Origin: Nemertoderma westbladi
Taxonomy: Eukaryota; Animalia; Xenacoelomorpha
Direction: 5' to 3'
NCBI GenBank assembly: GCA_032718475.1
Contig: JAUCBJ010002740.1
Span: forward strand, 979 to 64,978
DNA: 64,000 nt
Made by a program: the position numbers and the translations under genes
Notes under the pieces: generated by a model
Database searches by the model: none
Told to the model about the DNA's origin: nothing
The model's input: only the letters and a program-made list of their open reading frames with translations
Part shown: piece by piece, positions 1-12,499 of the stretch
Position numbering within the stretch: position 1 is the first letter of the stretch
Layout: each line of letters begins with the position of its first letter

Positions 1-1441
1 TTATCCTATGGTAACGAGATTTTGAAATCTGATAAAGGCTTCCAGCAAGGAGACCCTGTCGCTATCTTTGGATTCTGCCTTGGTCTCCACCCCATGCTCA
101 AACTCTTGAAATCCCGCCTCAGAATTGGCTATGTCGATGACGTTGGTATTGGGGGCAAGTGGGACAAAGTTCTTACTGACTTAATAGCATTTAGAGATGC
201 TTGCAAAGAGATTGGCCTCATTCCTAATGAAAGCAAGTGTGAGATTACCACTTTCTGCCCTGAAGATGCCCCAGACATAATCAGCGCCTTAAGGCAGGAA
301 TGTCCACTCACCAAAGTCACTGCACCTGCAGATCTCATCCTCCTGGGTTCACCCCTTGGGCCAGATGCCCTCGATGTCACCCTAATTGAGAAACTCGAAT
401 GCCTCCAACAGTTTAGAGTAGGACTTAATCTACCAGGACACTATGATGCATTCTTCCTTCTTAAGAACTGCCTGGCGATGCCTAAGCTAATGTACTGTAT
501 ACCCTAAGGACGTCTCCTGCCTTTACTTCCCCCGACCTGATCGGGCGCGTCGACAACTGCATTAGGGATTCACTTCAAGATGTGACCAACACGTCCATGG
601 CCCCTGACTGCTGGACGCAGGCTTGCCTCCTTTGTCGGTTCGGGGGCCTCGGTGTACCATCTGTGAGGCTGACAGCCCCAGGTGCTTACCCCGCCTCAGT
701 ACACCGCAACCACGAACTAACCTCTGCTATCACTGGAATCTTGGATGAACCTTTGTTCTTTCGAGCTGCCGTTGAGTGTGGGAATGCTACTCACCTTCCT
801 TTGATTTTCCTGAGACACCAAGCAACCAAAGATCTTGGCAGGACCCAGTATCCAAATCCCAACTGGCATCACTAATTTCATCTACTGATAATAGCTCTGT
901 GTCCCGCCTTAAGGGCTGCCAAGCACCTGGTTCTGGTGATTGGTTGAATGCCATCCCCTCTGCTACCCTTGGCCTCCGCCTTGCCGATGAACAGTTCGGT
1001 ATGGCTGTTGCTCTCCGTCTTGGCGGCGCACCTGTTTGCTCTTCCCACCCTTCCTTGTGTGTGTGGCGCCGTCGTTGATGCTTCAGCCAGCCAAGCCTTA
1101 GTCTGCAAGTTTGCCAAGAGCAGACATGCACGACACCGCCTGTGCAATGACACCATCTACCGCGCCCTCCAATCCACTGAGGTACCCGCAACCCTTGAAC
1201 CAGTCGGGCTCAGCAAAGGCCCTTTGTCATTCCATCGGCAGTTAGGCCACCGCTTGGAGAAGGTCAGTGGCAACAAGAGGTCTACGCAATTCCTGCGTCA
1301 ACGCCTTGGGATAGCAATCCAAGCTGGGAATGCCTCCTGCATAAAGGAGTCATTCAACCTCCCCGAGAACCGCTGCTACCGGGAGACCAACATGCCACCT
1401 TAATCCTATCCTCTCCCTCCCTCCATTATTTTAATTTTAAA
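1..1441 (+). mobile_element. Degenerate 3' part of a CRE-like (restriction-like endonuclease clade) non-LTR retrotransposon; RT, thumb and Zn-knuckle fragments
   Basis: RT motifs QQGDP, YVDD and GLIPNESKCE (22-507), then RFGGLG, SGDWLNAIP..LGLRL, CVCG..C...HARH, LEPVGL and QRLGIAIQAGNA spread over several frames (frameshifts and a stop). The PD-(D/E)xK endonuclease core appears deleted after EPVGL. AT-rich tail at ~1425-1441. Confidence 0.85.
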
Positions 1442-2796
1442 TTCCTTTGGATGTTAGAGAAACGAGAGTTATCCGTCAGCCATTGATATGCACAGTCCTT
1501 AGTGGATTACTGACATAAAGCGCGTCAGAGGTCGCGTCATGCTGCTACCGGTTGCAGGTCGGTACACCAGAATTTTGCGTTACCCCATCACTAGGCCTAT
1601 CCAATACGCGTCAACCAGGCAAAAATTTGGGAGTAGGAGTTCGGAGTGGGAGTAGGTACAGTAAACTATTTCCAAAACTTACCAAACTTTAACGCGAGCC
1701 GCTAATCGAGCGAAATTTTTTCTAGCACAGTAGGTGTTTATGCGTTACATATTATAATATCAAGCTGTAATAATATCGCGTGTTGTTTCAATGAGTTATT
1801 TTAAGCACAAAATCAAACCCATAACGAGAATTACAAAAATAAACTCTCTAAAATTAACAGGATATTCGCTTTTATGTGATCCTGTGAAGAGTGAAGATGA
1901 CACCGCAGAGAAATCAGCAGCTAATTGACTTGACCAACCCACCATATTTATCTTCAGAGGAATTAGGTTTGAGCACATATCTTCAAATATTATTTATTAC
2001 CTAAATTTGAATTTATAAGGCGGATATAGCCTGATATGCATCATTACTCATGACATGTCATTTTCATTCATTTCCAAATGGAATATCCTTCATTAATATC
2101 ATTGATAAATAACAATTCCACACAGGACAGTTGCAAAAAGGATTATCTTTTTTGATAGCAACTTTATGTGTGTTAATTGCCTGAAGCTGAAGATAATATG
2201 TAAAATATTTTACCAAACATACGACGATGTACAGAACTTATCAGGGTTGCTTGAACTATAATAACTCCGCTACATTGGGTAATCTTAATACCAATTAATT
2301 GACTTGTTTAAATATAGGAGAAAATTTGCTGTTTTTTTTTAGAGCACGGGAGCTTTTTCTGCTTTTGGTTCTTTTTATATTAGTTATGATTTATTCCTAA
2401 TATTTTTTATTCCTTTTTTAAATTATACAATTCCCAGGCTCTAAAAACGCATTACACACAAAAAACTTATGTGGTTAAATATTTACTCCTCAAAGGCTGT
2501 GCAAAAAATCATCCTTATATTCATTAAAATGTCAATAAAAAATACAGGTCAGTTCAGAAAGGAGCATCTTTTATTGATAGTAACTTTATGTACCGGTATG
2601 TTATCAGCGTGCAAATACGTGAAAACAATTCCACATACACGACAATTTATATACCTTTGCAGTTTATGGAAGTTAGGTTGAAAAACGCGGAGCCTATAAA
2701 ACGTTATAATGTTTTTTTTCGTTTTTCTCAAAACGCATTTTTCGTACTTACTCCCTATTGTATATCACCGCTTCAAGTGATTGCTATACTGTGGCG

Positions 2797-3395
2797 TGAT
2801 CTACTATAGAAGGTCATATCGTGACCATAGAGCCAGAACAACACATACCACAATTAAAAAAAAAAATTTTTCACCAAAATTACTCAAGATGGCGTTCTAC
2901 ATCTTATGTTAAAATCCTAGACTTGTATGTCAGTTCGTTTAGGAGATATGGAAAACCAGAACAACCCACACAACATAGAAGTTGAATACTGTTAGAGGTA
3001 AAACAACACATACCACACTTTCCCTATCATACTTTGCCAGGAAAAACACCATTCAATAGTCGAGGAATGACGTGAGTTCTTATGTTTCTGTGATAAAATC
3101 CTAGAGGTAAAACAACACACACAGACTAGAGTTAATGTTAAATTTCAGTTGTTCCAGTTGTTTTGCCTCTTTGGAAAATAACGAAAAACAGTTTTTTTCA
3201 GTAACAAAATTTATTCTGAATGCTAGCCACTATTATAAAATGTGTCATTGTATCTTCCCAGACCTCTGTCGAAAAAATAGGAGACGGGATCCATATAGAG
3301 GGAAATGAGAAGGTTTTTTGAATTTTTCTCGAAACCACATTTTTTGGTGAGTGTTGTTCTGGCTCTTTGGACACGATATATCTATAGTAGATCAT
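2797..3395. mobile_element. MITE-like element with ~50-bp imperfect terminal inverted repeats
   Basis: TGATCTACTATAGA..ATATCGTGACCATAGAGCCAGAACAACAC (~2797-2844) is the inverse of GTGTTGTTCTGGCTCTTTGGACACGATATATCTATAGTAGATCA (~3351-3394); internal TAGAGGTAAAACAACAC repeats. True ends and TSD not resolved. Confidence 0.6.
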
Positions 3396-3847
3396 GACTG
3401 TGCAATCGTATAACTTTTTTTTAATAATTGTTAATTATTTGATTGATAATATTTCCATTTGCAATTAAATTGATTGATATTTCCAATTGCAATTAAATTG
3501 ATTGCTGGCATGCAATTAAATATAATCAATTTTTAATAGGCCTTGAACGGGATTGGCACTTTTTACTTTTTATGGTGCCCGGATATATTTTTTGTACAAG
3601 CTACGTAGTGTACCGATTATAGATAGGTGTGTAATACACTGTTTAATTTAAAAAGCCTATTTCATTCAAATTGAAATAAAACACTAGCTTCCATAATATT
3701 TCAATATTATATGGATAAAGACGGCCAAGTACAGTAGGATTGAGCACAGTAGCTGCAGATGGTTTGTTAGATAGGAGGCCATAAGGACGTACATTGCGGA
3801 CATACAAGCTATCAGGTAGTATTTCCAGGTCTATATTTTACCTGAGC

Positions 3848-3906
3848 TGCTCCTGCTAGCGGAATGGTTAGAGTGCCAGAGGTCGCCAGTTCGATCCCAC
3901 CTGGAC
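3848..3906 (+). mobile_element. tRNA-derived SINE head fragment or tRNA pseudogene
   Basis: A-box-like TAGCGGAATGG and B-box GTTCGATCC; spacing too short for an anticodon arm, so not a functional tRNA. Confidence 0.5.
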
Positions 3907-4094
3907 GTCATTGCCGAATTTGCTAAGCTGTGCCCAACGAGAGTTATAATATATGAAACCACTCATTCATCCAAATTACCAATAATAAATTATAAAATGA
4001 AAAATCAGTTCAGCTAATGTCATACAATGTCGGAGACTTAAATGATGAATGAAGGACTGAACTTAAAACACTGTCCTAAGTCTGGGACTAGTCC

Positions 4095-5502
4095 TAGTTA
4101 TGAACAACGCGGACAGTACCGCTCCTAGGTAGTTATGAACAACGCGGACAGTACCGCTCCTAGGTAGTTATGAACAACGCGGACAGTACCGCTCCTAGGT
4201 AGTTATGAACAACGCGGACAGTACCGCTCCTAGGTAGTTATGAACAACGCGGACAGTACCGCTCCTAGGTAGTTATGAACAACGCGGACAGTACCGCTCC
4301 TAGGTAGTTATGAACAACGCGGACAGTACCGCTCCTAGGTAGTTATGAACAACGCGGACAGTACCGCTCCTAGGTAGTTATGAACAACGCGGACAGTACC
4401 GCTCCTAGGTAGTTATGAACAACGCGGACAGTACCGCTCCTAGGTAGTTATGAACAACGCGGACAGTACCGCTCCTAGGTAGTTATGAACAACGCGGACA
4501 GTACCGCTCCTAGGTAGTTATGAACAACGCGGACAGTACCGCTCCTAGGTAGTTATGAACAACGCGGACAGTACCGCTCCTAGGTAGTTATGAACAACGC
4601 GGACAGTACCGCTCCTAGGTAGTTATGAACAACGCGGACAGTACCGCTCCTAGGTAGTTATGAACAACGCGGACAGTACCGCTCCTAGGTAGTTATGAAC
4701 AACGCGGACAGTACCGCTCCTAGGTAGTTATGAACAACGCGGACAGTACCGCTCCTAGGTAGTTATGAACAACGCGGACAGTACCGCTCCTAGGTAGTTA
4801 TGAACAACGCGGACAGTACCGCTCCTAGGTAGTTATGAACAACGCGGACAGTACCGCTCCTAGGTAGTTATGAACAACGCGGACAGTACCGCTCCTAGGT
4901 AGTTATGAACAACGCGGACAGTACCGCTCCTAGGTAGTTATGAACAACGCGGACAGTACCGCTCCTAGGTAGTTATGAACAACGCGGACAGTACCGCTCC
5001 TAGGTAGTTATGAACAACGCGGACAGTACCGCTCCTAGGTAGTTATGAACAACGCGGACAGTACCGCTCCTAGGTAGTTATGAACAACGCGGACAGTACC
5101 GCTCCTAGGTAGTTATGAACAACGCGGACAGTACCGCTCCTAGGTAGTTATGAACAACGCGGACAGTACCGCTCCTAGGTAGTTATGAACAACGCGGACA
5201 GTACCGCTCCTAGGTAGTTATGAACAACGCGGACAGTACCGCTCCTAGGTAGTTATGAACAACGCGGACAGTACCGCTCCTAGGTAGTTATGAACAACGC
5301 GGACAGTACCGCTCCTAGGTAGTTATGAACAACGCGGACAGTACCGCTCCTAGGTAGTTATGAACAACGCGGACAGTACCGCTCCTAGGTAGTTATGAAC
5401 AACGCGGACAGTACCGCTCCTAGGTAGTTATGAACAACGCGGACAGTACCGCTCCTAGGTAGTTATGAACAACGCGGACAGTACCGCTCCTAGGTAGTTA
5501 TG
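4095..5502. repeat. 35-bp tandem repeat, ~40 apparently identical copies (AGTTATGAACAACGCGGACAGTACCGCTCCTAGGT)
   Basis: Direct reading; the pattern recurs every 420 bp (12 x 35); no spacers. Confidence 0.97.
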
Positions 5503-5579
5503 CACATACACGAATGTCCGAGACGCCGGGGGGGGATGGGGCTGGGGTGCCTGTGGGCGCTACCCGAATGTCCGAGGCG

Positions 5580-5611
<32 letters not shown>

Positions 5612-6394
5612 CTGGGGTGCCTGTGGGCGCTACCCGAAACTATATTCCCACCCGCCATAAGATTATTGTCATTAATCGGCCTCACATACTCAACATCGAC
5701 TTATCTGCTGGGGAGAGAATTTTAGTGAAATAAAAAGATCGTCTGATAAATAAATTGTTGCATCTGGATAACAATATTATTTAATGTAATAAGTTATAAT
5801 AAATCAAGTTTTATTTAAAATAGGCCAATATTAATTCAGCAGCAAAAACTAAAAGGCATAAAAAATAGTCGGGCAGACAACATCTTCCGATTGAGTATTG
5901 GTACTAATGTTTTGAGTGATTATAGTTAGGTATTATAATCGTAATAAATAATACGATACCCTGCAGTAGGATACCCTGCACAGAGCTGGCATCATTAGGG
6001 TGTTCCGTAAATATTCTTCAGGAAGATTAATGCTGCTAGTTGGGCATCAGTTGGCAATATTATCTATCTAATCACTCAAAACATTTTTTACTATAGGTAC
6101 TCCCCAACACCATACGGGACAGCACAATTGTGGAGAAATAAGGCCATGCGCACTCTAATATAGGTCCACTAAACTAACTACTTATTACAAAATAGCCAGT
6201 TAGATAATTATTCTAAAAGTTAAAAAAATAAATTGGACGTGCCAATATTATAGATAGGTGTATAGATAGGAGCTATTAAACCAATTAAAGGAATTAATAC
6301 CATAGTGCAAAAATTATCCTGTAAGATAGACGACCAAACATTCCGTATATATGTACAGCCAGCAAGTATGGACCATATTATATACTTATACGAT

Positions 6395-7237
6395 TCAGTT
6401 TCGTACGCCAGGGGGCGCGGTTAAATAAATCTGATTGGTGGCGTCGTAAATAAGATTTACGTGGAATCTCGACTTGTCGTCCTTGGTAACGGTATTAGGA
6501 GGGCATGGCAGACCATCCCGGTTGAATCCAATATGTTGTCCCTTGTAATGGAACGATTCGAAAGTCGCGTAACTCGACGCAGTAACCCCGATACGAAACT
6601 TACACCATCCATCGCCGCGCCCGTTTCCTTGCATATTGTTGTTATAAATACAAAGATGATTGGCAGGGTAGGCCATGCTTCTCAACATGATGACGTCATT
6701 GGATACCAGACCGACCATGAAATGGCTAGCGGGGTCATTGTGTTTCTGTTCGCATAAAGTATCGACAGCCCCGTTTGGGAATATCCGAAGACATTTGTTG
6801 GTTAGCTTGTGCACCAACTGGACGATATTCCCGTTGCGGAAGTTACCTTGGACGGGGGTTCGACCTTGTTGGTCTAAACTGTGGGTCACGTCGTCCAAAA
6901 CGCTCCCGGCTGCCGATCCCACTGCGGTAACAAACTTACCCAGGGAGGTGTTGCCTAGCGATTTACCCGAACTTTTTTGTGGCGGTGGGGGGTGGACGCC
7001 GGGTTGACGTTGGGGTGGGTAACCACCTCCTTGCTGTGGGTAACCACCTCCTTGCTGTGGGTAACCTCCTCCTTGCTGTGGGTAACCACCTCCTTGTCCT
7101 TGCTGTGGTTGTTGGGGAGCGTAACCAGGGTTGGCGGAATAGGCAGGTGGTTGACCTTGGTTTGGGTAGTTCTGAGGAGGCATGTTTGCCTGATAGCCAT
7201 ACATTGCTTCCGGCGGAGGAGCGCTCGGGGTAGTCAT
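6395..7237 (-). CDS. 280-aa protein: PSAP/PPxY- and GGGYPQQ-rich N-terminus plus C-terminal beta-trefoil (FGF/IL-1/fascin-like) domain
   Basis: ATG-to-stop ORF with raised GC against AT-rich flanks. The C-terminal ~140 aa has a trefoil-like pattern (IVQLVHKLTNKCLRI..G; VIMLRS..YP..HLCI; YATFES..YKGQHIGF..DG). Fold assigned by pattern recall. Confidence 0.85.
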   Translation of the reverse strand: MTTPSAPPPEAMYGYQANMPPQNYPNQGQPPAYSANPGYAPQQPQQGQGGGYPQQGGGYPQQGGGYPQQGGGYPPQRQPGVHPPPPQKSSGKSLGNTSLGKFVTAVGSAAGSVLDDVTHSLDQQGRTPVQGNFRNGNIVQLVHKLTNKCLRIFPNGAVDTLCEQKHNDPASHFMVGLVSNDVIMLRSMAYPANHLCIYNNNMQGNGRGDGWCKFRIGVTASSYATFESFHYKGQHIGFNRDGLPCPPNTVTKDDKSRFHVNLIYDATNQIYLTAPPGVRN

Positions 7238-7998
7238 TATGAAAATAATTATGTAGGGTAATACCGGCAGACCGGTACTAATAGCAATAGCAATAGGTAC
7301 CGAACCGGAATTATATTACCGGTAATTTGCGAATTATTAATTTAAATTTAGCCTAATAGGCCTAAATAATTACAGAATTAAATTACCTAAGATTAGACCT
7401 CCAGACGGTGGACGATACCAGTTCAGCAGTAGCAGACTCAACACAGCTGACGGAAACCAAGGCCTTCGATCAGTCGTGGACGTAGTACGTACAGGAATGA
7501 CTTACATCTAACAGTCTAACCTATCACCTACAGGAGTACCTGTAAAATGTAGCCTACTACTGTACTAACCATAACCATGGAAACTAACGTAGGCCCACAT
7601 CATTCTGCCATTACCGGTCTGCCGGAAGCAGTGTACACCAAGCAGCCAAGGCCTTGGTCTACAGAACATGTTACAGTTTTATTGTTGCATGTTGGGAGTA
7701 ATCAGCGTTATTCTAACCAAAATAACAAACGAAACTCAATAGACAGATAGAACATGTTACAGTTTTATTTTGGGTGTAGGCCTACTCAGCGGGGATATCA
7801 CACTAGAGTCGCCACTTTTTCATGGATCTAGTTGGCCTCGCAGGTTACTAGAGTGCAGAGTGACGGCCCAAACCCGAATTAAAGCAGTCAGGCAGTACCG
7901 TAATTTAGCCCCAAAACTTCTTGCTGTCTTGAGGCTCTAGGCCTGATAGAATTAGATCTATACAGCTATATAACAGTATAATCTACCCTAGATCTAAT

Positions 7999-8106
7999 AA
8001 ATTTTGTGTAATTTCTGACATTACAAGGCCTATTGTCAGTATTGTCCCTTCGCCTTCGCTTCGGGCCAATCAGCCAATAGCAAAAAGTCCGAAATTCCAC
8101 AAAATT
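7999..8106. mobile_element. Short inverted-repeat element with central CTTCGCCTTCGCTTCGG
   Basis: AAATTTTGTGTAATTTCTGAC pairs with GTCCGAAATTCCACAAAATTT; architecture resembles small non-autonomous Crypton-type repeats (inference). Confidence 0.45.
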
Positions 8107-10637
8107 TCTTAGATTACAGGATTAGAGCCTCATGACTTTAGGCCTAGGGAGGGACGCTAAAACACAAAACACGAGGTAGAATAAAACGTCTGTCCTATCT
8201 GATCTGATCTGACCACATCTGATCCTATAACCAATCAGAAGAAAGAGATATAATTGTAAAAGGTACTGTCAGTTGCGTAAATATCCAATAGGGGAACGGG
8301 TTGCTGGGATACATAGCATTATCATCATGTGACATAATTAATGTACAGTACAGGCATACCGGTATGCAGTCAATGCAACAAGGTATGGTAGGTGTAGGAA
8401 CTACAGTAGGAACATACTGTAGACGGTAAAGTTAAGTAAAGCAAATTTCCAACGGCCGTTAAGCCAGGGATTACGCACAAAGTCTGACGACTTACTGACT
8501 TATTTCCAGTGTGGTCCCCCCAGAACTATACTCCCCAGATGCCAGAGGAAACTCAGGCCCATGTGAATATTCCCCAGAGTGCCCAGGAAAGCTAATGAGT
8601 CAACGCATTTGTTTAAAGGGATGGGTCACGAGGTGGGTGGTCGGCAGGTCGGTGGGATAATGGGAATATCAGAATATGGCAAACAATAAACGCTGTTTGT
8701 TACCTACAAATTTGGGGAAAGGAGCAGGTTACAAAGGCGGGCTTTTCTAACCAAAACAATAAACGTTGTTTTGAATGGGAGAAACTTTTAGGCTCGTTAA
8801 GCCAATGAATGCCTCCCCCCCCCCCCCCCCTTAAACTAATGTCTTCTAATTGATCTTGTTAGAGATTTTCGTTTGGAAACATTGCTGTAAGATAGTGAAG
8901 TCATATTATACATATTTGAATTGGGCAATGAAACCCTCTGGTAAATTTACGAAGGCAAAATGCGATATTTGTGACATTTCTTTACTACAAAGCACTCAAA
9001 GTTCACCCTTCTCCGGGAAAAATCGACGCAAATCTAAAATACTGTAAGTGTAACCTGTTCCATTGACTTTAGTTTATTGTTTCGGTTATAATAATGTGCC
9101 ACTACAACCTGCTCTCATCCCTTACTTGATAATCTCTATAAAATTATAAACGTCTGTTTGTTTGTCAGCTAAAGGCTTTCAAGCGGGAACAGTTAATAAT
9201 AATCTGTGACTGCATTTGTTCATTGTGTAATCCTGGGAGTAATCTGGTTGAAAACCTCAACGTTTAACTAACGTAGAAATCTGATTGGCTGATATCTCTA
9301 ATGCCAAAGCCAATAAACCTCTCCCTCCATGTAGCCATTTGAGAAAGCATAATTAATGTCATGACCAGTTCGCAACAGATACCCCACCCCAACCATTGGA
9401 TTTACTTGGTACCTCAGCTAGCTGGAGGTCAAATTATAATTTACGTTAACGTCTACGATTTGGAGAAAAATCCTTCCCCATTCACTAACATGGGGCGAGT
9501 TTGTGTCTGCTTGGGCGAATATTACATATTATACACTATTTAATTTTTATTCAATAAATAACCATACATCTTTATATTAATCACTCGAATAAATTAAAAA
9601 CTTTGTGGGAATGGGACACGGTGAATCGACCGACCTATGTTATTTTTATACAACGTGAACTTAATTTTACCCCCTTAAACAATTAATAACCGAAATAAGA
9701 ACCCAAATAATCGATACATTTCTGTGTATATTTGACCACCAAGTACTGTTTACTGTTTATCCTGATATAAAGTCGGTCTGGAAGCCAATAAAGCTCTATG
9801 TTTGTAGTTCTATAGCTCTAGATCAGCAATCACAAATCCCCTTACTTTAAGTAAACACTCTGTTAACTTGCTGCTTTCCCCCAACTGAGCAGTTGGTTTG
9901 AAAATTTGATATCACGAGAGGTGAAACAATAAATTACCCACTAAATTGTCGTTATTACCCAGTCGCCAGTGTTATTGATAAATGTGCCAGTTATAATTTA
10001 AAATGTTCAATTTTAATGTAAAAAGAAAAATTATGTCAGCAAAAACAAAAAAATATACTTGATATAATAAATTAGCCATAAATTTCGAGATAATTAAATA
10101 ACATTATTATTATTATTATATTATATATATTATATATATATATTATATTATTATTATCAAATCGCAACATCTGATATAATTTGTTTTCTGGATAATAGTA
10201 TTATAGTAATATACATCCGGTATAAATATAAAACAATTATTTACGGGTTACGGATATACACAAAACTCTGATATTGATACAAAATATTACTAATATTATT
10301 ATTACATTATTATATTAGCACAAAAATAATCAGGAATTTAAGCACATTGAAAAAATTAATGATATATTTTCAACGTGAGAGTTCAAAACAAAACAAAAAA
10401 AATTATAATAATTTTAGATAAACATAAACATACCGGTAACATAGTATCGTACTATATATATTTAACTATTTAAATAAGTACATATTTATTTAAATAAGTA
10501 CATATTAACTCTTAATTACTGCAATTATTAATGTTAAACTCATGCAAAATTTTATTCGAAATTCCCCCCACATTGGCTGTTTGGCACAATAAAAACTACT
10601 GATATAAACACAATCAAAAGGCCTAGGCTGGTGGCCG

Positions 10638-11402
10638 TTACAGTTTATTAAACGCAGCGCTTTTAGACTTCCAGTCCAATGATTCTTGATTTCCTTTATT
10701 CTTGTTTTTCCTGCGGCCAGCAGCTAATTCTCTAGCTGCTTTCATATCGCTCACTGGATCGTTTGGGGCATAGGGGGGCGGAGGGCCGGGGCCCACAGGA
10801 GGGGCACCTCCCTGGTTCGTCGTGTTCTCCTTGTCTACTTCATCAACATCAACCTCTGTATCCTTGTCAACATCACCTTGGTCCACTTTAGTCTCATCCG
10901 TATCTACCTTGACTTCTTCTGTAATATTATCTGCTTCTGACGTCGCTACATTACGGAGGTCTTCCACTACTTTCTCTTCGTCTAGCGATACGGAATCTGT
11001 TTTATCGTCGGAATTGAGTTGGTCTCCTTTCGCCAAGGTGATGGCAAAGGAATCCACCTCTGCTTGAGTGGCGCCTTCAACCATCTTCTCATTCGGTGTG
11101 ATATTTTTTGATTTGAAGTATTGGTTCGATTGTGGATCGATTACCAACAAGGACACATTCCTGTCCAGTTGTTTAATGAGGGCGACCACCTGCGTGTGGC
11201 TATCGTTCTCTACACCAACCCCATTCACCGCGAGCACCAGATCATTCACAATCAATCCACCTTGCTCCGCAGATGAACCCTTTTCGACGCTCTTTATAAA
11301 TTGACCTATGACGCCTTTCTCCCCATGTAAATTAAAACCGTAGCCATTGGGAAATTTTTTTAAAACGCAGAGCCGCGGCTTGTAAACTTGTCCGGAATCC
11401 AT
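10638..11402 (-). CDS. NHERF1: NHERF/EBP50-family scaffold, single PDZ domain plus C-terminal ERM-binding motif (254 aa)
   Basis: PRLCVLKK..NGYGFNLHGEKG..GQFI..VEKGSSAE.GGL...VNGVGVE..SH.QVV matches NHERF PDZ domains; the C-terminus LDWKSKSAAFNKL matches the EBP50 tail MDWSKKNELFSNL. The symbol is family-level; exact orthology is not determinable. Confidence 0.92.
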   Translation of the reverse strand: MDSGQVYKPRLCVLKKFPNGYGFNLHGEKGVIGQFIKSVEKGSSAEQGGLIVNDLVLAVNGVGVENDSHTQVVALIKQLDRNVSLLVIDPQSNQYFKSKNITPNEKMVEGATQAEVDSFAITLAKGDQLNSDDKTDSVSLDEEKVVEDLRNVATSEADNITEEVKVDTDETKVDQGDVDKDTEVDVDEVDKENTTNQGGAPPVGPGPPPPYAPNDPVSDMKAARELAAGRRKNKNKGNQESLDWKSKSAAFNKL

Positions 11403-11689
11403 CCCTATTGACTAATCTATAGAAATCCCAACAAAATAAACCGAAAACGATCAATGATAGCCAGAATCTCAGCTCTATCACATATGCGGACCCGTGATTA
11501 ATTTACCATCTGTGATCTGCAATCAGCACAACAACAAACCAGCGTTATTTTATAAATATGTTACCGGTAGGCCTATACTGCTATACCATAGTGAAACTTA
11601 TAAATAAAAATCGTAAATACAATATTTTTGTAATTTCGACTAAATTTTTCGATTTGTTAGTTTCTTGGTTTGTGTAGTGTTGAGATCGA

Positions 11690-11930
11690 TCTGTCTGGCA
11701 ATCTGTCTGTCAAAATGTAAGACAGACAGACAACCGACTGACGGACAGACTAGATTCCACCAAATATTAAAACTGACATCGGAAATGAAATCAGCGACCC
11801 CGAAAACCCCCGTAAATATAATTTTAGCTCAGTGGTGTGCTTCCTTCCTGTGCCTGTCAGACACTATTAACCAAGCAGACCTCATAAAGGCAATTTTCAG
11901 ATTTTGCGTGGGAAGGTTTGAACTTTGAAG
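11690..11930 (+). mobile_element. Dispersed repeat family copy (inverted copy at ~59220-59560)
   Basis: AAAACTGACATCGGAAATGAAATCAGCGACC and TTTTGCGTGGGAAGGTTTGAACTTTGAA recur, diverged and reverse-complemented, near 59221-59378; GACA/CTGT microsatellite. Confidence 0.6.
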
Positions 11931-12347
11931 TCAATTAGGCCTATCTCTGAATGACTTTTTTTTCACACGAAAAATACTACTCCTCCGCCATTTCTTATCA
12001 CTTTTTGTGATACGCTTTAGCTTTAATAAACGTCGACAACTTTTATTATTTCAGAATATTTCCCCATTTTTTGTAAGAAAAAACATAAAAAAACGTGGAT
12101 TTTAACAATTTTTTAAGAATTTAGATTTTTTTTAATTGCCAATTACCGGTATCAGAAATAGAAAATGAAAATGAAAATAAAAAATGTGGTCATAGAATAT
12201 GATGAAAATGAACATGCTAGTTCCAAAAAATTTGGTACCGGTAGGCCTATTGAAAAATATAAATGGAAAATAACGGAGTTAGTCTTTTTAGCGAAATTTT
12301 TGAAATCTCACGCAAGCCGCTAGCACTAGGGGGCGCTTAAAATTCTG

Positions 12348-12499
12348 TTTCAAATTTGGAATTTCATGCAATCTCATCTGCTCATTACTGCATTAAGATT
12401 TGTAGAAGAATTGGAGCCCCCCCCCCCCCCCCCCCCCCTCCAATTATTCTACAAATCTTAATGGGCAGATGAGATTGCATGAAATTCCAAATTTGAAAT
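12348..12499. repeat. Foldback palindrome (~60-bp arms) around a poly-C spacer
   Basis: TTTCAAATTTGGAATTTCATGCAATCTCATCTGC...TTAAGATTTGTAGAAGAATTGGAG-(C)n-CTCCAATTATTCTACAAATCTTAA...GCAGATGAGATTGCATGAAATTCCAAATTTGAAA. Confidence 0.9.

Noticed and set aside
4095-5502. CRISPR array (35-bp repeat with hairpin)
   Set aside because: Head-to-tail repeats with no unique spacers, no cas genes and a eukaryotic context.
6461-7261. Plus-strand ORFs overlapping the trefoil gene (likewise 10822-11304 over NHERF)
   Set aside because: Antisense shadows of real coding sequence.
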